Source of the DNA: Lytechinus pictus
Lineage: Eukaryota
NCBI RefSeq assembly: GCF_037042905.1
Contig: NC_087252.1
Span: 13,950,001 to 14,013,871, forward strand
Length of the DNA stretch: 63,871 bases
Direction: 5' to 3'
The number at the start of each line of letters is the position of its first letter. The stretch's first letter is position 1. The position numbers and the translations under genes are program-made. Positions 26,717-41,700 of the stretch are shown here, piece after piece. The notes beneath the pieces were generated by a model, which saw nothing but the letters and a program-made list of their open reading frames with translations, did not search any database and was not told the DNA's origin.

Positions 26717-29700
26717 TTATCTATTCACCTGCCCCTGCACAATGAAACCTGTAAATTCAAAAGATTAATGATGAAAAAATATTAGAAAAATGACTGGGTT
26801 AGTGAATGTTACTTTTTTAAAAAGATATTCATTTCATTTTTTCTTACCGGTCATGATCTCGTGGGCGAATTCTTCATATCCAGCTCGCAGGAGTCGATCA
26901 CTTAGCTCTCCACGTTTATCTCCCGTGAGCGGGTTATTCCTTATCCTTTCTTCCCAAGAGTCAAAGACGGTTGATATCGGAGTGGTCGTTCTTCCACCGA
27001 GAACATTCGCTATACGTGCCGATATATCGTTTTGGATGATATCCCTCCATTGAATCCGGGTACATCCACTGTCACTTTCCTGACAATTGCCTTGAATTTT
27101 ATAGCAATTGAGAATAATTCATCATATAGAATATCTGTTATATTTGTATACTAATTGTTCAATGCAATTAATGCGTTTTTAACCCCCATTACACAGAGTG
27201 CATAGGGGCGGATCTAGCTTTTACCCAAGGAGAGGGTTTGACCGAGAAATTTGGCAAGCTAAAAAAAGGAGGGGATCTTACTCCCAAATTAAGGCCTTTT
27301 GTACAGAGAAATTTGACAAGCCAAAAAAAAGAGACAAAGGTTTACTATGAAAAGTTAATTTGAGGTTGGCTCCACAATGTAGGTCAATACTAATTTGTTC
27401 TTACTTGGCAGCCGATGGGGAAGGTTTACCCCCCCCCCCCCCCCCCCCGTCCCGTAGTTACGCCACTGGTGCAAGAATGGTGTAGAAGACCGAAGGACCA
27501 TGAAATTTGTTGGATCTTTAAGTTGTCCTTCAATAGCCATGCAATGATCAGGCGATTCAGAGCTGTTTATTATGTTAATATTATTATCAAAATAAATGAT
27601 TTTCGTGACCTCCATCGGCTCCTAATGCGTTTTAAATGGTTTAAATGGTGTGTTGGTGGTCTTTCAGGACAATATGGGCTATTATTGGTCTTTCAGCGGT
27701 CACTCAATATTTATTTAGGTCCTATTTGCTTAGTCATTGCAAGATGTTCCGACCATCAGCTCTCTTTTTTGTGTGTTTTTTTTTGGTTCGCTTACAGAGA
27801 TCTCTAGAAGACTCCAAAGAATCAGTGAAAGAGCATTGAAAGACCAGTGACATTTCAAAGAAAGATTGCCCAAATATCACTAATTTGCATAAAATCCCTT
27901 TAGACCATTGAAATAATATTGAAAGATTGAAAGATCACTCAAAGACCAGAATAAGTTCAGGAAGACAAGATCGAGATATCAGTCAGTCTCTCAGAATTAA
28001 TTCTAACATGTAAAGGGGGTGGCGCCATTAGACCGAAAATATTAGTGGTCTGTGAAACTGCTGAACGACAGCTCCCGATTCGGGGTCTTCCCATTTTCTT
28101 TCAAGGGTCTTCGTTCTTTGGAACAATAACGTTAATGAGCCTACTCTGGCATTATACCTTGTAAGTAAAAAAATGACATATTACAAATCCCCGATTTAAG
28201 GAAAGAATATGTAATAAATACATTATTATATATGGCCTACACCTGTTGGATTAAAATCAATTTCAAACCACCTTTTCATGATTTATATCATAATTGATTA
28301 ATAAAACTTTTTAGCATCAATTCTCACTCTAATTTTATTGAAAAGCGATTTGCAAATATGTTTACTAACTCATGAAGGATTATGACATCAATGACTTCTG
28401 GATTCATTCATTGCAGTAATGCCTTACTTTGGCGCAACTCAAAATTTACATCACTGTAAAGAATACCTCCTGGTTATCCAAGCGTGAATACATACCACAT
28501 AAATATGGTATGAAACTATTTGGAAGAAAATATTCTTTCAGATCATGTATAATAATTATGTGTTCATGAAACATTTATTCCCTTGAATTAGGGATTTGTG
28601 AGGTGTCAATTTTGTTTTTACTCTTTCGGTATTGTCACAGTCACACTTGCCAAACCAACCCAAGACCGACCTTGGCTATTAAGCAACTCTCAATGACATA
28701 CCATCCGTCGAATTTGAGTCGAACTAGTTGTGGGGTTAGGTTTTTAAAAACCTAGGATCCCAGATATGCTCTGTAAGTCCAGGAGGTCACTCAACTATGC
28801 CTACATTGTTGTGCTTCACTGGCTTTCGAAACTACTCTTGACTATAGTAATAGGCCCATATTCTGAAGTCAGGTTTAACTTAAGGGAGCTAAACCTTCAA
28901 AATTTTGTTTATATTGTATATTGTATATTTCGTATTTCATATTTACTATTTTGTTTCCTTTTGCTTTCATTAAGAAGAAAAATACTTCAGTTATCATTCC
29001 CAGACAACTATGAACAATTTGGGTGTCATGTGAGTTAATAAATTGAATGTGTACTGTTAGGGATTTGTGCCCCAATTGGCTCTCCATAACTCAAAACCAG
29101 GGTTTAATTCAAACCCGAGTTCAGAATACGGGCCATAGTGTCTATTTGTGGAATTCTACCTCTTGTGAAATTGCACCCTGTTCAGGCATTTCCACTTGCT
29201 TTCTCTGTACATATAACACACAATACATATGTGACCCTATTTAACATGGCTTTAGGAATATAAGATCGCCCGGAAATCACAACCATTTTTTTAGTTCGTA
29301 TGAACGCGAATGTGGAGCTCTGGAAGTAAACTAACTTCCGCCCCCGCCCCCCTTCTTAAGAACTAAGAAAACCTTGTAAACATTGTTGTTTTTGACAGCC
29401 TGTTAAAATGGAATCCCCATCTCATGTTCTTTTAACTTTCATCTTATGATTTCTGCAAATGTAACCCTCTCACGTGCCTAATGTAATATTCTTTATTACC
29501 CACCTCTCTGAATCTCGTTTAATAATTCCTGAAATCCCGCTTCTCTGATCTTCTCACACACATCATCAGGAAGCTGACTTTTATTCAGTCGGTTCTCCAG
29601 GGCGGTGAGGATGGTTGTCAGTGGGTCATCGTCTTCGAGGGAGATAGAGACCTTGACAATTTCAGCCAGACGACAAGCCTCCCGGAAAACAATCCCGTCT

Positions 29701-32700
29701 TGTAAGCTGGTGACGACGTTTTCACTTTGGTTGCCATTCTTTCGATACGCTCCTGAAAAATTTGTTCAAGAAGAAAGTAGTGTAGATGTGTAAAGCGCAC
29801 TGTTCAAAGGCATGGCACCAGCCTAGCAACAGTTGTCTTGTAAACAAGCTACAAATATCTACAACAAATCTACAATTTAAGTGAACAACCAGAAAGAATT
29901 ACACTAAGTAAAAGTTGCAAGTATCTGCTAGTATACAATTTTACATCATTCATCAGAAGTCATAACTACATCATATATCCTGATGGAACCTATGGGCCTC
30001 CCGCTTTGGCTGTTCCGTTCACCATTCCTACGTTTCGAAGGCTCTTACATTAGACGGTAAACGGAACATGCAAACCTTCAGTCAAGGTATTCGTTTATTT
30101 TTACCTGACAAAACAGCAAGAGCCTTCTCTCTTCCAAGAACAGGACGAACCGCATCAGCCAGTGCGTTCCGGTGATTGAAAGACTCGAGATGGAACATAG
30201 ATCTCCAATCCTTGAGCAGAGCAACGATATCATCATGGTCAAATGCCACTCCAAGCTTTTGCCGTAATTCATCACGCTCTTGGGATGTTGGTACTGGCCC
30301 ATACCCCAAGGCGAACATGTCGGATAAAGAAATCGAATGTCCTGTTTGAAAAATATATACATATTTAAACTTGAGACCTGGAGGGTGTTTCATGAAAGTT
30401 TTCAGTACAGACTAAATTGTCAGTGCTGACTATTTCAGTGAAATCCTCGGTTTTGATTGGCTGAGAGGCACAAGAATCTGACTGTTACTATCAATGGAAA
30501 CTGTCGGAGAAAGACAACATGTCAATGCTGACAACTTTCATGAAACAGTCCCTACACTGTAAAACGTAGTGTTTAGCTTTTGAACACTTTCTTAAACACT
30601 TATCTGTAATACTTTATAAACACATAAACACGTTTATTCATTATTGATAAACACTATGATGAACACTTTCATAAACACTTAAACACGTTCATAAACACAC
30701 CACCAGAACACGTTCATAAACACTTAAACACGTTTATAAACACTTCACCAGAACACTTTCATAAACACTTAAACACGTTCATAAACACTTCACCAGAACA
30801 CTTTAATGAACACCACATCTAAACACATGTTTAGATTATAAACATCATGTTTAATCTTTAAACACGTCAGTGTATTTATTTTATAAATGGTTTGACACAT
30901 TTACTGTTAAACACTTTTTTGTAACAGTTTGTAAACGTTTAAACATGTTTATGACTTTAAAAATAAACACTTCTGGTATAAAGCGTTTACAATACAAGAA
31001 ATGTAAATCTGAAACAGAACATTCCAAAATTGTGAAATCCTTGCAAGCTTTATAAACAGATTATATATACATGGTGTGCCAAAACAAAAACTACTTGATC
31101 AAAACTAATTGGCTAATTTTCTTTATGAGTTGATATAATTCTTCACACTTGAATCATGAAAGAAAAAAAAAACCAGATATAAATGGAATATTGAGAAACA
31201 TTAAGGGCACTGCAGGGATGTGAGGTCCACTGTAGGGAAATTTACTATTCAAAATTTTCCTGAGTCGTAAAGTAAAATTTTCTTGAATCTCAGAATTGCT
31301 ATTGATAGCTCAATGTCGAGATGAATTATAAGTCAACCAACAAAGTTCAAGGCCCATATACTTGTCAATATATTTTGCTTTAGCAACAGTCAGAAGATGC
31401 CGTGTCATAAACTTTTCCAACTGTTGTAATTCTCCATGTACTGTAAATATCATGGCAATAGCTGTAATGCTGTATGCTGATTGGTTGCCTCCATGGAAGT
31501 TACAATAATCGGGAATGTTACAACAATGTCTGGTAAATTTTTATGAAGTTCTCATATTGTGTAACATATAAAATAATTGTAGAGCGTTAGATCAATTTGT
31601 TTGCTTAAGCCCTATATGAATATTCCATATTGTATTGTACCGTATTGAAATAAATCATTTAAAGCAAAATGATTCCAATCATGCATCACACAAGTTATAT
31701 TACCTTGTTCTTGAATACATGCAAATAACATTTCATTTGATAATATTAATGAAATGGGGGAACAAATTATATATACAAGGGTATTGCAAGAATTTGCATA
31801 GTGAGAACATGTGAAAGTCAAAATATGGAAAATCACAATTCAAAATCATTCTAGTCACCGACGTGCATCACACAGTATATATTACCTTGTTCTTGAAAAC
31901 ATGAAACTTAAATTTCATTTGATAATATTAATGAAATGGGGAAAAACATTTCAATGTACAAGGGCATTGCAAGGATTAGCATAATGAAAACATTTGAAAG
32001 CCAAAATATGGAAAATCACAATTCAAAATTTTCCTTAATGTCTCTGAGCAACACAGTAACTGATAAAAAAACTAGTGCTTTTTTCATTAAATTTGAATTT
32101 TGCCAATGGAAGCATCATTTGCTCCATTTAATTTATTCAGAACAACACTGATCTCTCCATGGCTTTTCTTGCATGTGACTTGAAAACATTATACTGGGAA
32201 TTATCAAAATTTACTCTTGGTACCCTCCAATGAGATGTGTACAAGAGTTTAAAGTTTGCACTTGATTACACTTAGTGCTTGCCCCTTCTAAATTTTACAC
32301 TATAGTTTGGACCAAGCATTTTGCATACTGGAGAGAACAATGTAGAAAGAACAACTTCAATACTCCTAGAAATTAAATGAGACTTTTGATTATGTGCACA
32401 TAATACTTTCACTTGCTAATAATGAACATGGGCTTAAATCTTAGTAAGGTTTTGACTTGACCAATTGATTAATCACACTATAAAATACATGTACATTCAA
32501 TACTGACAATGTAAATCTTTAAAATGCAATATGAATTAGGCATGAAATGTAAAATGCACACAAGGATTTTTACAAAGGGACCATGAAGTGTCAACGGATT
32601 ATAAGCGCTTGTCACACTACAGCGGTTCATTCGTTCCATTTCCACCCCCCCCCCCAAACCCATTCCTTTACTGCCGATGTTCGGTGGTTTTCGTCAACAG

Positions 32701-35700
32701 ATGGACATGTGCATGCAAAAAACTGTAACTTTCTGTAAAACAGAAACCACCGAACGTTGCTGGAAAAGGAAAAACAAAAACACTGCCATCATCTGTGATA
32801 TAATTCTTTTCATCTGATGAAAAAAATTCTAACAGATTTACGTCTGTGGAAAAAAAAACACGAAAAGGGAACAAACAAATGCACACAGAATGAAGCTGGG
32901 TGACTGTAAAGTGTACATGTGTTTTTAAAAAAGCGATCAAATGAGAAGAATGTGGGGGGGCGTGACTAGTATCTTTTTATTTACAAGGTTGTGCCTCAGC
33001 TACCCTCCAAATTGCAGTCTGAAGAACTGCCTGCAAGGGCAAAATATAGGGTCTTGAAATGATTGCATAAATGATTGTCTTTCAGATTGTGTGTGTGTGT
33101 GCATATGTGTGGTAGGTGTGTGTTTTGGGTGTTTTTCGGAGGTTGACCGAGGCACAACCTTGTCAGTCACAAAAGATCCGAGTGCCCCCCCCCCCCCCCA
33201 CATGACTTGGGACCATTTCCTACCAATTCCTTATTTTCAGGAAGATTCCACACAAATCCTTTATACTGATTAGATGGTAAAATATAGGAATAATTTTCTT
33301 TCACTAGCTGCGAATACATCTTCAGATATTTGAGGTTGAAGACATATTATGCAGCGCTAAGCTGCATGAATGCCTTGGTGAGATTTGTAACTTTGCAATC
33401 AATTGTGACCTCATCAGATACGATGAAACATCCAGTCACATCTTCCTCTCAGGTATTACAAAGATGACAAGTTAGTGTGTGATAAACATGTACATTATGC
33501 CCACATATGTAGTAACACCCTCCCACAAATGTAGCAATCTTAATTCTCCCACCAATGTAGTAAACTGACAAAAAAAATTGCTTCCAACAAATGTAGCAGT
33601 TCTTTAATAGTCAAATTTCTCTCACAAATGTAGTAATATTACATGTGTGGGAGAAATTTGACTAAGAATCACATCATTTGTGGGATGCACGTATACTATG
33701 TTTATGAGCACTACAGGGCCTAGCCTAGCTGGTTTGGTTACTGTTTGACAGGTATCTGGACAGAATCCTTATTTGCCCCAATATTAGAAAACCATCGTCT
33801 GGCAGATTCTATGTGGTGAACTAGGAGTGAGAGCAAATAATTGAAGGGATTTTCCCATAGGGTAATGTATTATGGGGGGGGGGGGGTAAGCGGCACTTAG
33901 AAATGAAAGTCTATGGAGGGTTTTCTTGTTTTTTTCCATAGCATATATTTGAATATGCTCATTTCGCAATAAAAAGCATGATTTTTTTTGGCCTTTGAAC
34001 ATCGAGAATCACCTGCGGTCAAAGATGTATATCTAAGGAAATAAAGCTGTCCGATATAGCGGCGAACTTTCGAAATAGCAATTATTTCCCGTTTATCAGT
34101 GGCTGAGGGCACTTGCCAGATACCATTTCAGAATCATTATGACCGAAAACCAAAAATCATAAAATCAGTGTATTCAAATGTAAGCTATAGAAAAATAGAT
34201 GCAAGGATCCGGCAAAGACTGATGTGTTATACAGTGCCACTTCAAAATACCCCAGGCTGTCTAAATCTACTGCATCCCCAACTGCTGTCGGAGGAGAACC
34301 TCAAAGTTTCTATACTTGGAACTCTTTTGGCCGTTGTATGGTTCCTTGAGCACATAGCTCTGCACTAGACCCAGCAACTGCGAATACATCTTCGGATATT
34401 CGAGGTTGAAAACGTAGTATGCAGCGATAAGCTGCATGAATGCCTTGGTGAGATTTGTAACTTTGCAATCAATTGTGACCTCATCAGATACGATGAAACA
34501 TCCAGTCACATCTTCCTCTCCGGTAACAAAGATGACCAGTCGAGGCGGCTCTTTCTTGCCACTTGTCATGTGGGCTTCTACGTCCTCATCCGGAACTTCC
34601 TGTAATTATGGATAGAGAGATTAAAAAACAAACAAAAAGTCTCAAATTCTTAACAAACTGACTTGAAGAATGTTTGATAGCCAAGAATGAAATCTGAATA
34701 TATCAGTGAACTGTCTATTATCCAATGAATAATCGATCATGCATTTTAGGTTTGTTCCATTTACCTTAACCTAATTTTGATACCAACTGAGACGATGGGG
34801 AAAATGGGGGGTATAGATATCATCAAAAGTGTGCAACATATGCTTGTCAAAACTACCCAGTAAGTCCACCAAGTTTGCGTTTATGTACTCAAATCCAGTT
34901 CAAGTTCAAGATGCTTTGTCATTTGGACCTGAATGGAAAAAAATACATGCATACTTTGAGATTTCGATACTTCTGAATAATAATTAATGGACCTGTTTGA
35001 GATAGTCAAACTATTAACTTGGCTTTCACCTCGTCTCACTTATTTGATCCCACCTTGTTCATAGATTATACCAAGAAACCCAATAATCAGTTGTTTATCA
35101 CATAGAAAATAGAAAACTACTGATGTTGTAAGAATATTAAGATAAGAAATCTGCCACATCATCTTAAAAGATAAAAGTAATTATTTTTGTGATATTCCAC
35201 ATGAGTGTATAGCCTTTGATCTTGTGACCTAAAAATTTAATGAGGTCATTACCTCTCCAGTAAACATGCATATTCAGTGTTGTTTAACCCTAACAAAGGT
35301 GATCAGTAAATTCACATCCACAAAAATGAGAATAAACAGAATGATACACGAACCAACACCAATGGCCAGCTGGCTACAGGGTGCAGGAGCATGTTTAATT
35401 TCTGTAATGGGGAAAAATATGGGGAAAGAAATCCACACGTACCTTTTTGATTGAGATGACAGCTTCAGTTTTACTCCCTTTTCCCCTGTCAAATGCCGTC
35501 TTTTTTTCGATGTACTGGATAAGGGGAAGCAATTCCAGTGGTCCCTGCAGTAGATTGAAACAATAATAGAATTATAATGCTTATGACATATAGAATATGA
35601 TTCTAAACAATAACACTACCTGCATGCAGGAGACACTACAACACCACTAGACAATGGTAAAGATGGGTTGACTGCATGTGTTGTGAGTCAAACGTGTTTG

Positions 35701-35731
<31 letters not shown>

Positions 35732-38700
35732 AGAGAAAACATCATGTTCTTGTGCCATTTCCCATTTTTAAACACAATTTGTTCAAAGCTGGGTTCTATT
35801 TTTTTTTTATATCGTTATAGTTTGCAGCCCAATTTCTTTCTGATTCCATGGATCCCCCTCCCCCCCCCCCCAAAAAAAAAAAAAAAAGAAGAGAGAGAGA
35901 GGAGAAAGAAATAACACTGAGTACAATTTTTAACTCTTTGAACTGGACTCCAACAAGATTCGAACTCACAACTCACAATCTTCAACTTGTTTGGCAGACA
36001 TTCTACATAACAACTAGTTGGGGGAAAAAGACATAAAAACGAGCTCCATGTGGCACCACCTGAGGAAGGCAATCAATGCATTTGACACAATTTTCCTAAA
36101 GTCATTTATTTACATCATTACAGTGAAGTCCCCCCCCCCCCCCCATTTTCTTTTTAACCCCAAAGATGGCTTCCACCAAGTTTGGTTGAGATCTACCCAC
36201 ATGTTCTGGAGAAGATGAAAATATAAAATGGTTTTTGGACAATGCACTACGGATGATAAATGGGATGTGATAGCAATACCTCACATGAATCTTTGACTCA
36301 TGTGAGGTTTATAAAACAAATCTACAAGGTATTACATTCCAACTGAAACCTCAACATTAATGCCATACCAAAATATACCTGGAGTCTGTTGCATACAAAT
36401 TAAATTTGAAAACAAACGATTTATGCAGTGACTTTTGACATAAATTATACATAAGGTTTTATGCAACAGGCCTCATCATACACAAAATAAATGGGCTTAC
36501 CTCTTTGCTGCCAGTACTCTTGAGTTCTTCAATGGCTCTCATGAACTTTTGAAGACAAGATTCCAGTTCATCTAATGAGTCACGTCCTCTTAAGAGCTGA
36601 AAGTCATGGAGGATCTAAAATAAAAAAGAAAGAAAACAACAAAATTTATGTTATGTGAACATCTACACAACCTAATTGCTACCTTTGATTAGAGAATTGA
36701 TTCACTTCCACATGGTATGGAGATTAATGCCATGACAAAATAATGTTAGGTTGGCCAAATTACAAAAAAATAACAAGTTCTGAAATGGAAAAAAGTGCCC
36801 CTAGCCAGTCAGGCCAGGTATCTGTAGATAATTGCTATTAATTAATGATAACAATTATTCACATCTTTGAAACTACAGGGTTCTCACAAAAAAGAAACGT
36901 AGGCATGACTGAAATAAACCATAAGTAAAACGAAAATACCCATATTTGCACAAAATTATTAATTTTAAAGATGCATTATGAACAGCAATTGTGGCTTGCA
37001 TGTACTATATATTACCTTTTTATTTTGTTTCCATTACTTTTTAATGTGAATAACGTTTTGTGTGGAAAATTACAAAGAATTCACATCGAGTATCCCCCGA
37101 AAAAAAAATGCTCACTTAGCCATCAAAGGATGACTTTTATTTTCAGCAATGCAAATGACGTCGAAACTTGCAAGAGTACTGAAGGCCAGCTGCAGCTAAT
37201 TACCTTTGTCATAATGCATAAATACATGTAATCCTCAAGAACAAACTTAAGGCCATTTCCCATGATTACTTTCTTCAGGTATACTAGTCTTACCATTCTT
37301 CCATCACTGTAGCATGGGATTCGCTTCAATATGGGCTCTACTTGGGCATCAGGAAGAGACATTATCCATTTTTGATTCGTTGCAAATGTCTTTTCCAGCA
37401 GAAGACGGATATGTCCCAAGCACCTTTTTTCTGCAGGCTTGGTCCACTCTTTTGACAGTTCCTTGAGACACTGATCTGCACTGTCATCTGTCACAGTGTT
37501 TTCTGAAAGAGAGATAGAGTAGGCTAATAATATCATTATTTTTTATTATGTAGTCCTTTTCATGAATGATACTCAGATCAAAGTACTTTAATACTGGGGG
37601 GATGAAAAGGAAAAAGAAAAAAAATGCCGAACATTTCTCTGTAACACTAAAAAAGCCGGGTCTTTTGGACCCATCTCACAGCCGAGGGGAGGCAGAATCC
37701 CCCCCCCCCCCCCCCCCCACCAAGATCTCTTGAACAGGGCAAGCAGTCTTAACATAATTTCCTATTTTAGACCCTTAACAGGGATTTTAATATCTTGCAT
37801 GGTAATGTACACCATATATGAGGATTGCCAATGCTATCCTGTTTTTTGATACCCTAAACACGGTATGTGCATTACATGTATGCGCCAGTGATGAAAAAGA
37901 TATCATTTTCACACAGTTTTGTGTTTGCTGATGATGTACACTGCTCAATGTGGAGGGGAGAGGGATTGAGAGGAATAAAACCTACCTTGAGCCATTTGAG
38001 CACATCGCGCTCGTTTTGCCATTCCCGCCTGATCATTCACATTGGTTCTCTTTACCTTTCCTTGATCTGGTTCTGTTTTTGGATTCGTCTTCTTTTTCTG
38101 TTGCCATCTGATGTGCCGAATTTTCTGACTGAGACATTTTGTGAAGAAGGACTATATCATAAGAGAAATTGAAGAAAAACAAGTGGGTAAAGATATCTTA
38201 TTGGGTATTATTTACAGGTCATGAAAGGGGGCCTACACCAATTTCAGTCAAATTTATGACTTGAAGGTTATTGTAGTAATTGAAATGACGACCATGGTCG
38301 TTGTTCCTCGGTCTAAAAATCCTGAGAATTCAATTATCTGATATGTGAACGCTGATTTAGGCTTAACAATAATTTTTAATAATTGAGTAACCCAATTATT
38401 GCCCCAAAATGGAAGCTTTGGGGAAAGGTGTTGTAAAAATGCCTTGAACGCCATATACAATTTTGTTTTAGGTCACAAAATAAAGTTTATATCATTTTCT
38501 TTGAATTATGGAATTGTCATTTTTCATTTTCTTGTGTATATGGGAAAAATTCTTACAGATGTTTAAAAAAAAATCAGTATCTTTGAAGATAAAATTTCTA
38601 CCCCGTGGCCACAACTCATCATTACCTTCAAGTTCTGTGTTAAATTTCATTGTTCGTGTTACCTCTCTAAACTGTACTCTAACTTCAGCACTCACACTGA

Positions 38701-41700
38701 AAATATCTGAATGTGATAGTGCAGACATTGTTGGCAAGTTTAGACAGCTAATACCGACACCAAAGGGTAGGATCTCGATACCAGCCCAGCTCCAAATTTG
38801 GCTTCATTAGCCATAACCCATAAGTAGGTTGGAGCTGTAACCTTGGAAAATGGAGCTGAGCTGGTATCGAGATCATACATACAAATAGCCTCAAATCGCC
38901 CAATGCAGGCATGGATACATACCCACTGGTGTTCCCCTTCACGTCGTATTGTAGGGTACTGCGAGTATATTTTCTGGCCAATCTTGGCATACTCGGTGGA
39001 GGAGTTGATGGTTGGAAATTCTGTAAGATAGTAATTGGCAGCTTCTGAGATCAGTTCTTTCCAGATCACATACTCCTTGCCAATCTCTAGGTGTCGTAGT
39101 ACTCTTTGGCTGAAAGGTGGTAGTGGCGTTCCTGCAGTAATCCGCCGTTCAGTGTCATTAGCATTTTGTGGACTTTGTTCAGTTTCTTGGAGTCTGAAGT
39201 TATCGCCATCTCCTCCAGCTGCTGCACCTGTCAAATGTCGATTTTCAACTTTTTGCTCTGCTTCACCCCTCAATTCCCAGTGCTCTCCCTCCTCTAAAAC
39301 CATCAAGGTAGAATTGCTACATTCCAGCAGAACCTCGTCGTCGTCGATTTCAGTACCATCCTCCTCCAGCACGATTCCCTCAATTCTTGCCATCCCAAGC
39401 TTCACTTTAGCTATGGACACAAATTAAAGAAAATTCACTTGAAATATTAACTATCGTAAATTGCTTTTGCCATGTTTAAATGCTCTCATTATCATACCAT
39501 TAATGTCCATAATATTGATCACATAACTTGTGTGTTTCATAAAAACTGAGGTAAAACATCATTTCAAATGGAACTAGAAATATAGCCGAAGGTGATTAAT
39601 ACCACCATCAAACAATCTAGTATCACCTTACCTCACTTTTTTGGCCATAATATGCTGTTACTATGGCAATGCACCTTTCACCGCTGTTGATATGTGTTTT
39701 GCACATCTACACCTTAAGACCTATATTTGTGCTAAAGTTATCACCAAAAAAAAATGAAACCGTAACATGGAACATAAAACATATGCACATGACATAATTC
39801 ATGCCTGGAACTGAACCATCACTGGTGGACTGGTGGTTATCAACAAGAAAAAATACCTTTTTCGCAGAGTTCTTCATATGTGTTCGCCACAGCCATCTTT
39901 TTTTCAAGGCGGTTGGCCCTCCACAGCTTGAATACTGGCATGCTGCAGTTATACAGTGTAATGTTCTAAATCTGCTTGATTAGCCTCTAATGGCAGACAG
40001 TAGTTCTGTGCAGAATACAAAAGAAATCCTGTATTTACATATGTTTACAAACAGACTGATTTTCAATCCAAATTTCATTAATAATACATAGACTCATAGT
40101 GTAAATCCAAATGTGCATAAGAATTTGAGCAGCGATATTATATCAATTTCATCAGTTTTCCTTCCACATGATACTAATAAATTACTATCATAATATTCTA
40201 CAAGATTATTTTTTTCCTGTTGAATTTGATTTTGTTGATCTATTATGATTCTAATTATAGAGAGGGTGCATGTTCAAAGTCACCCCAAGGTGGGATGAGT
40301 GGTGACCTTGAACAACCTGCAAAAATGGACCCATGCTTTAATACTTCACACTTGTAGACGGGTCAATATATGGTTTGACCCGGAACAAATTGCAACAAAT
40401 GATTTTTCAACGGTATTTTGTACTATTTGACCTCAGGAATAACATACTAAAAATCTACCAAAATCCGCATCCGGGAAAGTGGTTATTTTCAAGATGGCGT
40501 CCAAGATGGCCGTTATTCACTAAAAATGGATATAACTCACTCATTATCCACCATAGAATCCTATTTGGATTCATATTCCATGGTCCAATGGGTAAAAGAA
40601 TTTATTTATACAAGTTAGAGTGAATATTAGCACTCCAGGGTACCAGGAAAATCCAAGATGGCGCCCAAAATTGCTGCCCTAGTCTAAAAAATCAACAATT
40701 CATCTATTCCTTACTTAAGTGGCTTTAATTTGGTTTCCATTCGATTGTTTTAATGATGAAGTAGTACGTCGGGACAATTTTCAAGGACAGCTAGTGGTCT
40801 GGTGTGTCGGAAAATCAAAGATGGCTTCCAAAAATTGAGTTTAAAATGGCTGTTAATCCTTAAAATGGACATAGCTCATATCACATCCACCTGAGAGATA
40901 TGATTTTGGTGTCTAGACCATGGTCAAATAATACATTGGGACAAGTTACAAGGACAGTCAGTGGTCCGGTATGTTCAAAAATACAAAATGGCTTCCAAAA
41001 ATGTAAAAAGAGCAAAAGAGTAAAAAATGCTGTTGCTACTTAAAAAAAAAACAACATAGTTTGTTCAATATCCGGGAATATGATTTTTGTGCCTATATCA
41101 TGGTTAAATGGGTCAAATAATAAATTGGGGTAGGTTACAAGGACGATTGGTGGTCACGTATGTCCAAAAGTCCACGGTGGCTTAAAAAATAGTATCAATT
41201 AGCCGCGATGGTATTCAAAAATTGACATATTTCATGTTTTATTCGTCAAGGGCATATGATTTTGTTGCCTATATCGTGGTTTCAAAGGCAGAAAATTAGT
41301 TACAAGGACAGTAAGTGGTCCAGTATGTCGAAAAGCTTCCAAAATCGGATTCTAAAATGACTGTTGTTACTTTAAAAATGGACATAGTTCATTTAAAATC
41401 CACCTAGGAGTAATGATTTCGGTGTCCACACTATGGTTTCATGAGTAAAATAATACGTTTGGACTGGTTACATTGGTATGCAGTTGTCCAGTTTGCCTAA
41501 AACACAAGAGGGTTTTTAAAAAAAGGAATCTAAAACGACTCATATCATTCAATAGTGGTCAGAGTTCTACAATATTCATCTGCAAGAAATAATGTTGGTG
41601 TCCAAATTGTGGTATGAAGGGTCAAAAAGTACATTCGGACAAGTAAGAAGGATGGTTAGTACCCCATTTTGTCAAATAATCCATGATGGATTCTAAGATT

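Noticed and set aside
27079-27082. Acceptor at 27080-27082 implying a stop in the death-domain gene
   Set aside because: The upstream AAG acceptor (27091-27093) keeps phase 1 and an open frame, so pseudogenisation is not required.
38740-39420. 226-aa ORF as a stand-alone gene
   Set aside because: It is exon 2 (38923-39410) plus intron read-through; the splice sites and flanking exons complete the domain.
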